Shown in pieces: positions 9,466-18,887 of a stretch of DNA of 64,000 nucleotides. The position numbers were made by a program, and so were the translations under genes. The DNA comes from a bacterium. Its GTDB lineage: Bacteria > Bacteroidota > Ignavibacteria > Kapaibacteriales > UBA2268. The notes under the pieces are model-generated. The model ran no database searches, had not been told where the DNA came from, and worked only from the letters and a program-made list of their open reading frames with translations. The stretch is from the NCBI GenBank assembly GCA_024711295.1, contig JANJTB010000033.1:76617-140616 (forward strand), read 5' to 3'. Numbering within the stretch: the stretch's first letter is position 1; every line of letters begins with the position of its first letter.

Positions 9466-10680
9466 ATGAATAATTTTGAACTTATTAACGAATTTCTTGA
9501 CGGAGCTCTAAGCAGCACTGAAGAAGAGCAATTATTTGCAGGTTTGTCTTCAGATTCAGAGCTTCGCTACGAGTTAAAGCAGCAACTTGCAATCAAATCT
9601 GCGATCAAGTCTGATGTGGGTGCATTTACCCCAAAGGCTGAATCAACTTTGAGTATTTTCAATGAACTTGGACTCATTGCTCCTGTTTCTGTTGCTTCTG
9701 CAGGTGCCGGCAATTCATTTGTGAACTTCTTAAAGTTGAACTCAACATTGATTTACACAGGCGTTATTTCTTCCATAGCAACTATTGCTGTTATGTTGCT
9801 TCTGCTTGATTTTGATATGACTAATTCAGGTAATAGTTCTGATCATAATCCTAAACATTCTTCAAAAGTGGACTTAATCAAACCTGTTGAGACATACGGT
9901 AAAAATACTTTGAATTCAGGTATTTATGAAGATAAGTCAAGCTTAAAAGCAGAGCCGGTCAAAGTTGTGTATAAATATATTTATGTTAACGAGGATAACA
10001 AAAATAAACAACAGAATATTAGTGATTTAGCAGAGGATAATAATCAAAATCAATCATTTTCAAGCATTTGGATTGACAATCAGCAATTAAATGATGAATA
10101 TTCTTTCTTTGATAAAAGTATATACAAAAGTAAACAAGGTAATTTTGCAAATACAGAAGTTATTCCAATAGCAAATTTATGGTCAGAATTTTCTCAAAAT
10201 AAGAATTTTTCTTTTGAAGTCAGAGGTTCTGAATACCAACAGAATGACATTCGTACATCAAACAAAAATGATTTTATCTTACCCAATACAGGATTTTCAT
10301 TTTTATACAAAATTTCCGATGAAATGAAAATTGGATTAGATTACAGAAGAGAAAATTTTTATCAGAGTTTTTCAGGATTCGAAGATGGTCAGTATTTCCT
10401 TTTTGAGCAAAAACCGGACCTCGTTACAATATCAATGATGTTGAAATACAATCCTGAATTTTTACAAATTTACGAATTCAAGCCATTCCTATCAGCAAAC
10501 ATCGGTGGTAACATCGCAGGTCCTGTTGGAAGGTTGATGATTGGCTCTGATATTTACCTAAATAATTATATGTATTTCAACTTAGGAGTTGACTACAATT
10601 TGTTGATGTATAAGCAGAATGGCAATAACTTCATTTCGGGCAAGCCCGGATTTCATATAGGTGCAGGTATTAACTTTTAG
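9466..10680 (+). CDS. Putative membrane-anchored anti-sigma factor with a C-terminal beta-barrel-like domain
   Basis: Starts 17 nt after the ECF sigma gene. N-terminus INEFLDGALSSTEEEQLFAGLSSDSELRYELKQQL is typical of anti-sigma N-domains. One central TM helix (LIYTGVISSIATIAVMLLLL). N/Q/S-rich linker. Beta-rich C-terminus ending GFHIGAGINF. Paralogous to 36435-37745. Confidence 0.55.
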   Translation: MNNFELINEFLDGALSSTEEEQLFAGLSSDSELRYELKQQLAIKSAIKSDVGAFTPKAESTLSIFNELGLIAPVSVASAGAGNSFVNFLKLNSTLIYTGVISSIATIAVMLLLLDFDMTNSGNSSDHNPKHSSKVDLIKPVETYGKNTLNSGIYEDKSSLKAEPVKVVYKYIYVNEDNKNKQQNISDLAEDNNQNQSFSSIWIDNQQLNDEYSFFDKSIYKSKQGNFANTEVIPIANLWSEFSQNKNFSFEVRGSEYQQNDIRTSNKNDFILPNTGFSFLYKISDEMKIGLDYRRENFYQSFSGFEDGQYFLFEQKPDLVTISMMLKYNPEFLQIYEFKPFLSANIGGNIAGPVGRLMIGSDIYLNNYMYFNLGVDYNLLMYKQNGNNFISGKPGFHIGAGINF

Positions 10681-10687
10681 GAATATC

Positions 10688-11440
10688 ATGAAAAAAACAA
10701 CTTATATTTTGATACTGGCATTTTCATTTGTATATATCCTAAGCTCATGTAATGACACTTTAGGTATAAATGGAGCAGATTACATTAAATCTTCGCCAGG
10801 TAATGATACTTTATATATTGACACTATGATAAATTTCAAGAAAGTTGTTATTGAAAAAATTATCACAAAAACTGACACTGTAATCAATTACATACCCGTT
10901 AACAGAACTTACGAAAACGTATATTCAAATAGGAAAGAAATTTTACTTACCGAACATTACAATGGATTTTCGGATAATCAGAAAAGTGTTGATTTGCATT
11001 CTAATTCCAAAAAAGAAATTATTTCGTATCTTGACTATAACACAATAACACCGGAGCTAAACACCAGATTTTCAATTGATAACGGCTTACTAACAAAACC
11101 TCAAAGGGGATTTGATGAAAGAATTTGGGCATTGAACAAGCTTGAAATCAATGTCCGAAATATTCAAACAATGAGTGACTTACCTGCTTTGATAAGAGAC
11201 CTAACAAACAGTGACAAAGCTGCTATTAATCTTGAACTTATTGATGTTAGTGGAAGAAAAAGAGTTATTGAACAGGAAAATATTAGTGGAGAAATCGTTG
11301 TAAATAACAGATTAGTAATCAATGGTCAGCTTAGAGCACTCACATTAAACGGATATTTGATGATTGGAAACAAAAACTTGCCAGATATTCGAAAATACCT
11401 TATTGAATATCACATATATATGCAATTCCCCGAATTTTAA
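10688..11440 (+). CDS. Hypothetical lipoprotein
   Basis: The ATG at 10688 gives MKKTTYILILAFSFVYILSSC (lipobox-like). No family recognised. Downstream of the sigma/anti-sigma pair. Confidence 0.5.
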   Translation: MKKTTYILILAFSFVYILSSCNDTLGINGADYIKSSPGNDTLYIDTMINFKKVVIEKIITKTDTVINYIPVNRTYENVYSNRKEILLTEHYNGFSDNQKSVDLHSNSKKEIISYLDYNTITPELNTRFSIDNGLLTKPQRGFDERIWALNKLEINVRNIQTMSDLPALIRDLTNSDKAAINLELIDVSGRKRVIEQENISGEIVVNNRLVINGQLRALTLNGYLMIGNKNLPDIRKYLIEYHIYMQFPEF

Positions 11441-11442
11441 TT

Positions 11443-12159
11443 TCACAAACCTGACTGAATGATAAAAAGTGAAGATGCATTATTTGCAAAATGAAGTATC
11501 ACAGGATAAATAAAATTCTTTGTTTTATAATTCAAATATCCTAAAGCTATACCAAACAGGAAAAGTGGTACAGTAGCAATCATTTGAAAATGGAAAAATG
11601 AAAAGATTAAACTTGTAACTAGAATTGATGTAGTAGGTTTGAAGTATTGCATCATTAAGTTCTGTAAATATCCCCTGAAAAAAAATTCCTCACAAATTGC
11701 CGGAAGCAGAGCGCCAATTAAATAGAGAAATACTATATGATTATCGGTCAAAACATTTACCAGATTTTTGTAATCATCAAGTAATTGACTCTGCAAGTTT
11801 AAATATGAAGGAATCATATAGGGTGGCAATATTTCCATGAAAGACAAATCATAAACAAAAAGCAATACTTTTGCAATTATTCCGATTGCAAATAACAGAG
11901 TTAGGTTTTTGACAGTAAAAACAATTTTTAAATAATTATCCGGTAAATTGACCTTAAACAAAATAATTAATGTAAATCCCGTGAAAAGAAACCCTACAAT
12001 TTGAGATGAGAAAATATACAATACGCTTGGTATAACTTTATCATCTGAAATTTCGGGGGGGAAAATTGATACTGCTAATATATTATAAATTAAAACTATA
12101 AAAATAGATTGTATTATTTGGAAAAAACCTTGTATTTTTATATTTTGTATTGAATTCAT
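11443..12159 (-). CDS. CPBP-family intramembrane glutamic endopeptidase (CAAX protease / Abi-like)
   Basis: Polytopic membrane protein with CPBP motifs EEFFFRGYL, FSFFHF and HFANN. Confidence 0.8.
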   Translation of the reverse strand: MNSIQNIKIQGFFQIIQSIFIVLIYNILAVSIFPPEISDDKVIPSVLYIFSSQIVGFLFTGFTLIILFKVNLPDNYLKIVFTVKNLTLLFAIGIIAKVLLFVYDLSFMEILPPYMIPSYLNLQSQLLDDYKNLVNVLTDNHIVFLYLIGALLPAICEEFFFRGYLQNLMMQYFKPTTSILVTSLIFSFFHFQMIATVPLFLFGIALGYLNYKTKNFIYPVILHFANNASSLFIIQSGL

Positions 12160-12237
12160 TTTGTTTATTTATTATTTAGTATTCTAATTATAAGTGTAGC
12201 AAATATAAGCTAAAAAAAATTTATTGACCGAGTAAAT

Positions 12238-15200
12238 ATGAAAAATATAATTACCTATATAGCTTTTGTGATTTTATTCATGTTCGAGCTTAGTGCTCAA
12301 GAGGCTGTTATTAGCGAAATATTCCTTGCTAACCGAACAACCGGTGGAATGGAATGGACAGAAATCTTAGTTGTTAGAGATAATATTTCTTTAGTAGGAT
12401 ATACAGTAAGGGATAACGGCTCAACAGGTCTATGGATGGGTGGAGCTAAATTTAAAGATGTTGACCTTTGGAAAAATCTTCGCGCTGGAACAATCATAAT
12501 TATCAACCACCGCGGAAGTATTGTTGATGAAAATAAAGCTGATGGTTATATTGAGATAGGAGCGGAAAGTTCTTATTACTTCGAAACATTTCGTCCTGAC
12601 GGCTCTCCCGGACCCCTGGTTGAGGGAGAAGGTAGCTCTCTGGACTTTAATACTACACACGATATGATACAGCTCAGGAATGACAAAGGTGAGCACGTTC
12701 ATTGTGTTGGGTTTATTGGAAATGGTAATTATGATGTTTATAATGCACTTCCATCAACAAAAGCATTTCATAATCAGGGTGTGTCCCAAAATACAAGTGT
12801 AAAAGTTATAGCAACCTCACTTGCTGACTACTCAGCAGGGCTTAATCCATCAATCGTTGTTTACAATAACCTTACAACAAAGGGATTGCCAAATAAAAGG
12901 AATTCTACAGACTTCACTAACCAGTTGTATTGGAGAGAGTTAAGACAACCTGTATGGTCAAATCCCGGAATTATTTCAACCAATATTGTAAACAATCATC
13001 AGTGGGTAGAATTAAAATGGAATGCTGCTTCCACAATCAGCGACCCAAACGAAGGATATCTGATAGTCCGATTTATTGATAACAATAATTCACCACTCAC
13101 TCTTGAAGATGGAAAAATATACAATTTAGGTCAGGTGATACCTCCCTACAAGATAATAGGATATGTTCCAACTCTTACCAAAACTGAATTTATTGATAAA
13201 TTCGAAGATGGCGTTAATTTTGAATGTGGAAGATATTATGGTTATCAAATTTATGCATTTAGATTCAGGGAGAGTGATAATGACCCTGCAACTTTTGATT
13301 ACCCTGACCCACGCAATGCACGTGGCAGACAGTATAATGAAACAAGTTTTGCAAGTGTGGCGCAAGCAATTCGTAAAGAAATACCCCCAACTCCAACAGT
13401 TAAGTCATTAAACGGGTTATTGAAATTCTGCAGCAATGTAAAAGTTGAACTTGAATCTGATGTAAAAGATAAATCTATTTATGATTATGAGTGGTTCTCA
13501 TCATCTGACGGCAAATTAGCAGTGAATGATTATGTAATCACAGTAACAAAGCCCGGTGATTACTGGTTGCGAATTATCAACAAGTCATCAGGTTGCTATA
13601 GTGAATCAAATAATATCAAAATTGAAATCATTGAAGCCCCGGATGCATTTGTTATAAATCCTGGTGATAATAAAACTTTCAATAAAGATACCTTAATTCA
13701 GCTTTGCACCGGACAGCAACTTGTTTTGAGAGGACTTTCGGTGCCATCTAACGTTAATGTCAAATGGATAAAAGATAATTCTGTATTCAATAGTTCAAAT
13801 GATATAACTATTAATTCAGAAGGTATTTATAAATTTGTTGCTGAGAGCGGAGGTCTTTGCAGTGATACATCATTTACTGTTACAGTGCGGTACGTCAGCC
13901 CCGACTATTCACTAAGCACAAATTCTTTGGTTTTTGATGCAGACAGCAATCCTGAACAGGATTTGATAATCACAAACAATTCTGACAAAGAATTGATTAT
14001 CCAGCAAAGTGATATCAATATTATACCTTTAGCAAATTTTAAAATCATTGCACCAACTAATTTCCCAATAACAATTGCCCCAAAATTGAGTGCAACTATA
14101 AAAATCAGATTTGAAATTGTTGGTTTTGGTGACAGGCAAGGCAAAATTACTATCAATAGTTTTTGCAACTATTCACAAAGTGCTAATTTATCTGGTTCGA
14201 GACAGAATATTGGAGTTACAAGGTTAGACCCCGATGTTAAGGAAATTGATTTTGGTGTTATACCTACAAAATGTAATGTTTCGCAAAAAGAACAAGCTGT
14301 AAAAGTTATTTCTACAGGTTCGGAGAATTCTTACTTATACAAACCATATTTTAAAACTGCTAACTTTGAAGTTGTTTCGAATTTATTTAATACACCTGAG
14401 TCAAGAACAATAGTTTCTTCTAATGGTGAAATAACATTTGGTGTAAGGGTAATAGCAACATCACCCGGTGTATATTATGATACACTTAGGGCACCATATA
14501 TTGTTCAAAGCAAAAATGATACAAGTGGATATGTTGTTGTGGTAGTCAAAGCTGAATTATTTGACCCATCACTTAACGTTTTGACAAGTATAATTGATGT
14601 TTCTGCAGATGTAACATGCAAGAAAACCCTGGATACTTTTATAGTAGTTCGCAATTCAACCGATTACAACATTCTTGTTGATGAAGATATCGCTGACCCA
14701 AGAGTTAATATTACGAATACAATTCCAAAAACAATTTTAAAAAACAGCACTGATACAATTAATATCAGAATTAACTTTTCAGATAAAAACGAATTTGATA
14801 TAAATATAAATTACTATAATTTCTGTTCTCTCATCAGTAGCAATATTAGAATCTTACCACCAAAAATTGATTTGGATATTTCATTAGCCAAAGATACAAT
14901 AGATTTTGGTGCTATAAATACTTGTAAAATTAAGGGTGACGTAATTGAAACAGCCGTCATAAATTCTTCTGACGAAGGTGCTTCGATAGGCATAATTTTA
15001 CATAATGGCACAACTATTAAATCTGATTTGTTTAGTGGAAAAATTCTCTCAAAAGGTAACTCTTCTTTTGATATCAGACTACCTGAAAGTGTAACAGGTT
15101 CTTTCCTGGATAGTATAGTATTTTTTGTTGAACCTTGTAATGAAAAATATACTCTATACATAAAAGGATATCGCAATACTCCTTCCAAACCTAATTTGTC

Positions 15201-16230
15201 ATTATCTGAAATTAATTTTGGTACTGACAATATCGGAAATTCCGACACAAGAACACTTACTTTAATAAATGAAAATCAGTTTTTTGAAATGAAAATTGAT
15301 TCAGTTTTTGTGCCATTGCCATTTATTTTGGTTTCACATACAAAAGTTGATTTTCCGATAACAATCAACCCATCAGGAGTCGTAGATTTTGTTATTGAAT
15401 ACAAAAGAGAATCAGTCGGCAATGAAAACCAGTTAATGAGGATTTACTCATCTGAGCCATGCCTTACTGCTGAGCAATTGATAATCAAAGGAATAACAAT
15501 AGATAACAGAACGGCGTTATTCAAAGCATATTTACCAAATCAAGCTGTAATTGAATTGGGTAAAGAGCAAAAATTACCAATAACTTTCGAATTTGACGAA
15601 AGATACTCAAATACTGAAATAGATATAAGAGAGATGATTTTCCATTTATCTTTCGACCCAATAAATATGAATTTAAGGTCAGCTTTGATTGCACCTGTTT
15701 TAGATCCCAACGCGTCCCAGTTAATATTCGATGATAATTCAAACGGCAAACTTAACCTTACATTGCTTGTAACAAACTCTTCAAGTTTGAAGAATGGGTC
15801 TGTAATTGATGTTATCGCAAAGCCATTATTGGGTAATTCATTAAATACAAAAGTTGTCCTTGATTCTGTAACCATTTTGTCGAAAATTCCTTCAAAAGTT
15901 GAAACTAACGAAACAGATATTACCATTATCGGTGATTGTATTCTCGATAGCAGATTACTTACAGTTAATGGATCGTTAAATATTGTTATTAAAGGCAATT
16001 CAGATAGCGAAACATTGACAATAGACTATTCTACTGTATCTGACGAATACACTGAATTGAGTCTTTTCGACTACAACGGAAATTTAATTGAAAAGATTTA
16101 TTCAGGCAATCAAAAACATGGACTGCACAGTATCGGTCTAAATACTAACCAACTAAGCAGTGGAGTTTATATGCTTTTACTTAAAAATGGCATTCGTAAC
16201 GAAAGCATTTTATTCCAAATAATCAAATAG
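12238..16230 (+). CDS. Large secreted cell-surface protein: N-terminal lamin-tail-like domain, many Ig-like beta domains, T9SS-type C-terminal sorting domain
   Basis: 1330 aa. Signal peptide MKNIITYIAFVILFMFELSAQ. LTD-like start AVISEIFLANRTTGGMEWTEILVV...LVGYTVRDNG. The last ~75 aa (LSLFDYNGNLIEKIYSGNQKHGLHSIGLNTNQLSSGVYMLLLKNGIRNESILFQIIK) match the Por/T9SS C-terminal-domain pattern. Confidence 0.75.
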   Translation: MKNIITYIAFVILFMFELSAQEAVISEIFLANRTTGGMEWTEILVVRDNISLVGYTVRDNGSTGLWMGGAKFKDVDLWKNLRAGTIIIINHRGSIVDENKADGYIEIGAESSYYFETFRPDGSPGPLVEGEGSSLDFNTTHDMIQLRNDKGEHVHCVGFIGNGNYDVYNALPSTKAFHNQGVSQNTSVKVIATSLADYSAGLNPSIVVYNNLTTKGLPNKRNSTDFTNQLYWRELRQPVWSNPGIISTNIVNNHQWVELKWNAASTISDPNEGYLIVRFIDNNNSPLTLEDGKIYNLGQVIPPYKIIGYVPTLTKTEFIDKFEDGVNFECGRYYGYQIYAFRFRESDNDPATFDYPDPRNARGRQYNETSFASVAQAIRKEIPPTPTVKSLNGLLKFCSNVKVELESDVKDKSIYDYEWFSSSDGKLAVNDYVITVTKPGDYWLRIINKSSGCYSESNNIKIEIIEAPDAFVINPGDNKTFNKDTLIQLCTGQQLVLRGLSVPSNVNVKWIKDNSVFNSSNDITINSEGIYKFVAESGGLCSDTSFTVTVRYVSPDYSLSTNSLVFDADSNPEQDLIITNNSDKELIIQQSDINIIPLANFKIIAPTNFPITIAPKLSATIKIRFEIVGFGDRQGKITINSFCNYSQSANLSGSRQNIGVTRLDPDVKEIDFGVIPTKCNVSQKEQAVKVISTGSENSYLYKPYFKTANFEVVSNLFNTPESRTIVSSNGEITFGVRVIATSPGVYYDTLRAPYIVQSKNDTSGYVVVVVKAELFDPSLNVLTSIIDVSADVTCKKTLDTFIVVRNSTDYNILVDEDIADPRVNITNTIPKTILKNSTDTINIRINFSDKNEFDININYYNFCSLISSNIRILPPKIDLDISLAKDTIDFGAINTCKIKGDVIETAVINSSDEGASIGIILHNGTTIKSDLFSGKILSKGNSSFDIRLPESVTGSFLDSIVFFVEPCNEKYTLYIKGYRNTPSKPNLSLSEINFGTDNIGNSDTRTLTLINENQFFEMKIDSVFVPLPFILVSHTKVDFPITINPSGVVDFVIEYKRESVGNENQLMRIYSSEPCLTAEQLIIKGITIDNRTALFKAYLPNQAVIELGKEQKLPITFEFDERYSNTEIDIREMIFHLSFDPINMNLRSALIAPVLDPNASQLIFDDNSNGKLNLTLLVTNSSSLKNGSVIDVIAKPLLGNSLNTKVVLDSVTILSKIPSKVETNETDITIIGDCILDSRLLTVNGSLNIVIKGNSDSETLTIDYSTVSDEYTELSLFDYNGNLIEKIYSGNQKHGLHSIGLNTNQLSSGVYMLLLKNGIRNESILFQIIK

Positions 16231-16246
16231 GATTTATGTTTTGCAA

Positions 16247-17341
16247 ATGAACTATTCTGATTCTCATGACGAAAAAATTAGAAAACTCGAGAAACAATTA
16301 GCCTGGTATAAATCTTTTTTCGATAACGCTACAGATGCGGTATTTGTTGTGCAACCCGAAACATGGAGTGTATTGGATGCCAATGACTATGCTGCGCAAT
16401 TGCTTGGAAAAAATAAGACTGAGTTGTTGGGAGAAATTCTGCCACAGTTCAGACGAATTTTCAAATTATTGACAAAGACCAACAGCCCTATTGTATTAAG
16501 CGAATTATCCCTTGAAAACAGTGATGATGAGCAAATTATGGTAGAGGTTAGCGCAAGATTTATTAAGTACGAAAATCAAGATTTAATCCTTGCTATCGCA
16601 AGAGATGTTAGTGAGCAACATGCCTTGACAGATAAATTGGTTCAGGCAGACAAACTTGTATTGTTAGGACAGCTTTCTGCAGGTGTTGCTCATGAAATTC
16701 GAAACCCATTAGCAGCGGTCAACCTCAATTTGCAAGTATTAAAACGAAGATTTACCGAGAATGATGCTGAATTTGGATATATTGATACTGCTCTTCAGGG
16801 AGTTGAAAGGATTTCCAAAATTGTTGAAGTGACACTTAACTTTTCAAGACCAGCAATTCCTGACATTCAGAGTGTAAATCTAAATAGTTTGGTGGTTAGC
16901 ACTTTAGACCTTGTTACTTCAGTTTTGAAGCGTAAAGATATAAAAGTAGAACTCAAGTTTGACGAAACTTTACCAAGTATTCCTGCAGATTCTAAACAAT
17001 TGCAGCAAGTTTTAATTAACTTAATTACCAATGCTGCAGATGCAATCAAGTTAAACGGGAAAATTAAAATTGATACTTACACAGAAAGAGCAGGTAAAAG
17101 TAATGATTTAGAATTTGCGGTAGTTTCCATTGCGGATAATGGTGTAGGGATTGTACCTGAGGATTTGCCGAAAATATTTAATCCCTTTTTTACCAGAAAA
17201 GCTGACGGAACAGGGCTGGGACTGCCAATTACCCAAAGGATAATGCACCAGCATAGTGGAATTATTGATGTTGAAAGTTCAGTTGGCAAAGGTACAACTT
17301 TTTATATAAAATTACCTATTTTGATATCTCAAAAAAAATAA
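16247..17341 (+). CDS. Cytoplasmic PAS-domain sensor histidine kinase (NtrB/FleS-like)
   Basis: No TM segment. PAS-like N-terminus. H-box LGQLSAGVAHEIRNPL, N-box NLITNAADA, G1 DNGVGI, G2 GTGLGL. The ATG at 16247 is preferred; a TTG at 16241 is possible. Confidence 0.85.
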   Translation: MNYSDSHDEKIRKLEKQLAWYKSFFDNATDAVFVVQPETWSVLDANDYAAQLLGKNKTELLGEILPQFRRIFKLLTKTNSPIVLSELSLENSDDEQIMVEVSARFIKYENQDLILAIARDVSEQHALTDKLVQADKLVLLGQLSAGVAHEIRNPLAAVNLNLQVLKRRFTENDAEFGYIDTALQGVERISKIVEVTLNFSRPAIPDIQSVNLNSLVVSTLDLVTSVLKRKDIKVELKFDETLPSIPADSKQLQQVLINLITNAADAIKLNGKIKIDTYTERAGKSNDLEFAVVSIADNGVGIVPEDLPKIFNPFFTRKADGTGLGLPITQRIMHQHSGIIDVESSVGKGTTFYIKLPILISQKK

Positions 17342-17438
17342 TTAAAAATAATGCAAATAAGTAATTTTTATTTGATTTTTTATGAAAAAAAGTGTTATAT
17401 TCGTTTTTAAGTGTTTATTTTAAAATAATAATAAAATA

Positions 17439-18872
17439 GTGTCAAAGCAAAATTATACAGTAGTTGTTATAGAAGATGACCCCTTGGTTAACTCCACCAT
17501 CAAGGGAATACTTTCATCCAAGTATTCCAGAGTGGAGACTTTTACAGATGCCAACAAAGGTCTTGAAGACCTACACATGATAGCACCCGACTTAATATTA
17601 TTAGATATATTCCTTGGCCATGCAAACGGATTAGACATTCTCGAGCAGCTACGTAAGCAGGGCTATACAATGCCTGTGATTATCATGACTGCTTTTAGTG
17701 ATATCAAAATGGCCGTAAGGGCTATGAAACTTGGAGCTGAGGACTTTATAGTCAAACCCCTTGATCTCGAGCAGTTAGAAGTTTCTGTAGATAGGTCACT
17801 CAAGAATTTTGATTTAAGAAGACAAGTTGATATTTTATCAGAGCAACTTAAGAAAGATCAACCCAGCGAAATACTAGGTAATTCACAAGGTATGAAAGAT
17901 GCTCTTGATATGGCAAAAATCATTTCTTACGCAGATGACACAACAGTTTTGATTCTCGGAGAGTCCGGTACAGGCAAAGAGTTAATGGCACGTTACATTC
18001 ATGAAAATTCTCCAAGGTCTAAAGGTCCGTTTGTAACAATAAACTGTGGAGCTATACCAAGGGAGCTTGCCGAAAATGAATTATTTGGCTACGAAAGAGG
18101 TGCTTTTACAGGTGCAACTGAAAAGGTCAAACCCGGTAAGTTCGAACAGGCACAGCACGGTACCATTTTGTTGGACGAAATTGCCGAGTTAAGCTTAGAG
18201 CTTCAGGTAAAGTTACTCAGAGTGTTGCAAGAGCGTAAATTTTACAGATTAGGCGGAATTAAAGAAATCTCTGTGGATGTTAGAGTAATTGCATCTACAA
18301 ACAAAGACTTGGAAACGTTGGTCGAACAAGAGAAATTTAGAGAAGATTTATTCTATAGGTTGAATGTAGCAAGAATTCAGCTACCTGCATTACGCGAAAG
18401 AGGTGAAGATATAATCAAGCTTGCAACTGCGTTTGTTAAGGAATTTAACAAGAAATTCAATAAGAATGTAACAGGATTTACTGGAGAGGCAGCTGATATT
18501 ATTTCGACATATCCATGGAAAGGCAATGTTAGAGAGCTTCGAAATGTAATCGAAAGAATTGTTTTGCTGGAGCAAGGTACAGTTATAAATAAAGAGTCTT
18601 TGAGTTTTCTTAAGGGTGGCTCGCAAATAGTACATAATAACACAAATACTCCAAAGCAAGAAATGATACTTGGAGCAGGGCAACATTATCTTAAAATTGC
18701 TGATAATGGAGTGACTATGGGAGCTGTTCTGAAGGATTTAATAATTCAAACTTTAAAAATTACCGGCGGCAATCAAATCAAGGCTGCAAAAATTTTGAGT
18801 ATTTCAAGAGCTAAACTCAGATACCGAATCGAGCAACTTGGGATAAATATATCAGGCAAGGAAGTTAATTAA
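17439..18872 (+). CDS. Sigma-54-dependent response regulator (NtrC/FleR family enhancer-binding protein)
   Basis: GTG start. REC domain (VVVIEDD, LLDIFL, VKP). AAA+ sigma-54 activation domain (GESGTGKE, GAFTGA, ELFGYERGAFTG, DEIAEL, RFREDLFYRLN). C-terminal Fis-type HTH (NQIKAAKILSISRAKLRYRI). Confidence 0.9.
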   Translation: MSKQNYTVVVIEDDPLVNSTIKGILSSKYSRVETFTDANKGLEDLHMIAPDLILLDIFLGHANGLDILEQLRKQGYTMPVIIMTAFSDIKMAVRAMKLGAEDFIVKPLDLEQLEVSVDRSLKNFDLRRQVDILSEQLKKDQPSEILGNSQGMKDALDMAKIISYADDTTVLILGESGTGKELMARYIHENSPRSKGPFVTINCGAIPRELAENELFGYERGAFTGATEKVKPGKFEQAQHGTILLDEIAELSLELQVKLLRVLQERKFYRLGGIKEISVDVRVIASTNKDLETLVEQEKFREDLFYRLNVARIQLPALRERGEDIIKLATAFVKEFNKKFNKNVTGFTGEAADIISTYPWKGNVRELRNVIERIVLLEQGTVINKESLSFLKGGSQIVHNNTNTPKQEMILGAGQHYLKIADNGVTMGAVLKDLIIQTLKITGGNQIKAAKILSISRAKLRYRIEQLGINISGKEVN

Positions 18873-18887
18873 AAAAGAAATAGATGT

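Noticed and set aside
14814-15998. Long antisense ORFs (144 and 152 aa) inside the 1330-aa surface-protein gene. Similar ones occur at 3312-3731, 30057-30437, 32550-32903 and 61573-61944.
   Set aside because: All lie fully within well-supported genes on the opposite strand. They have low-complexity, Ser/Leu/Ile-rich translations, no SD-like start context that I could see, and no recognisable motifs. They are most likely shadow ORFs.
17372-17401. TTGATT-N18-TATATT sigma-70-like promoter ahead of the sigma-54 activator gene
   Set aside because: The arrangement is plausible, but hexamers of this composition are frequent by chance in AT-rich spacers. Not reportable without transcript-start data.
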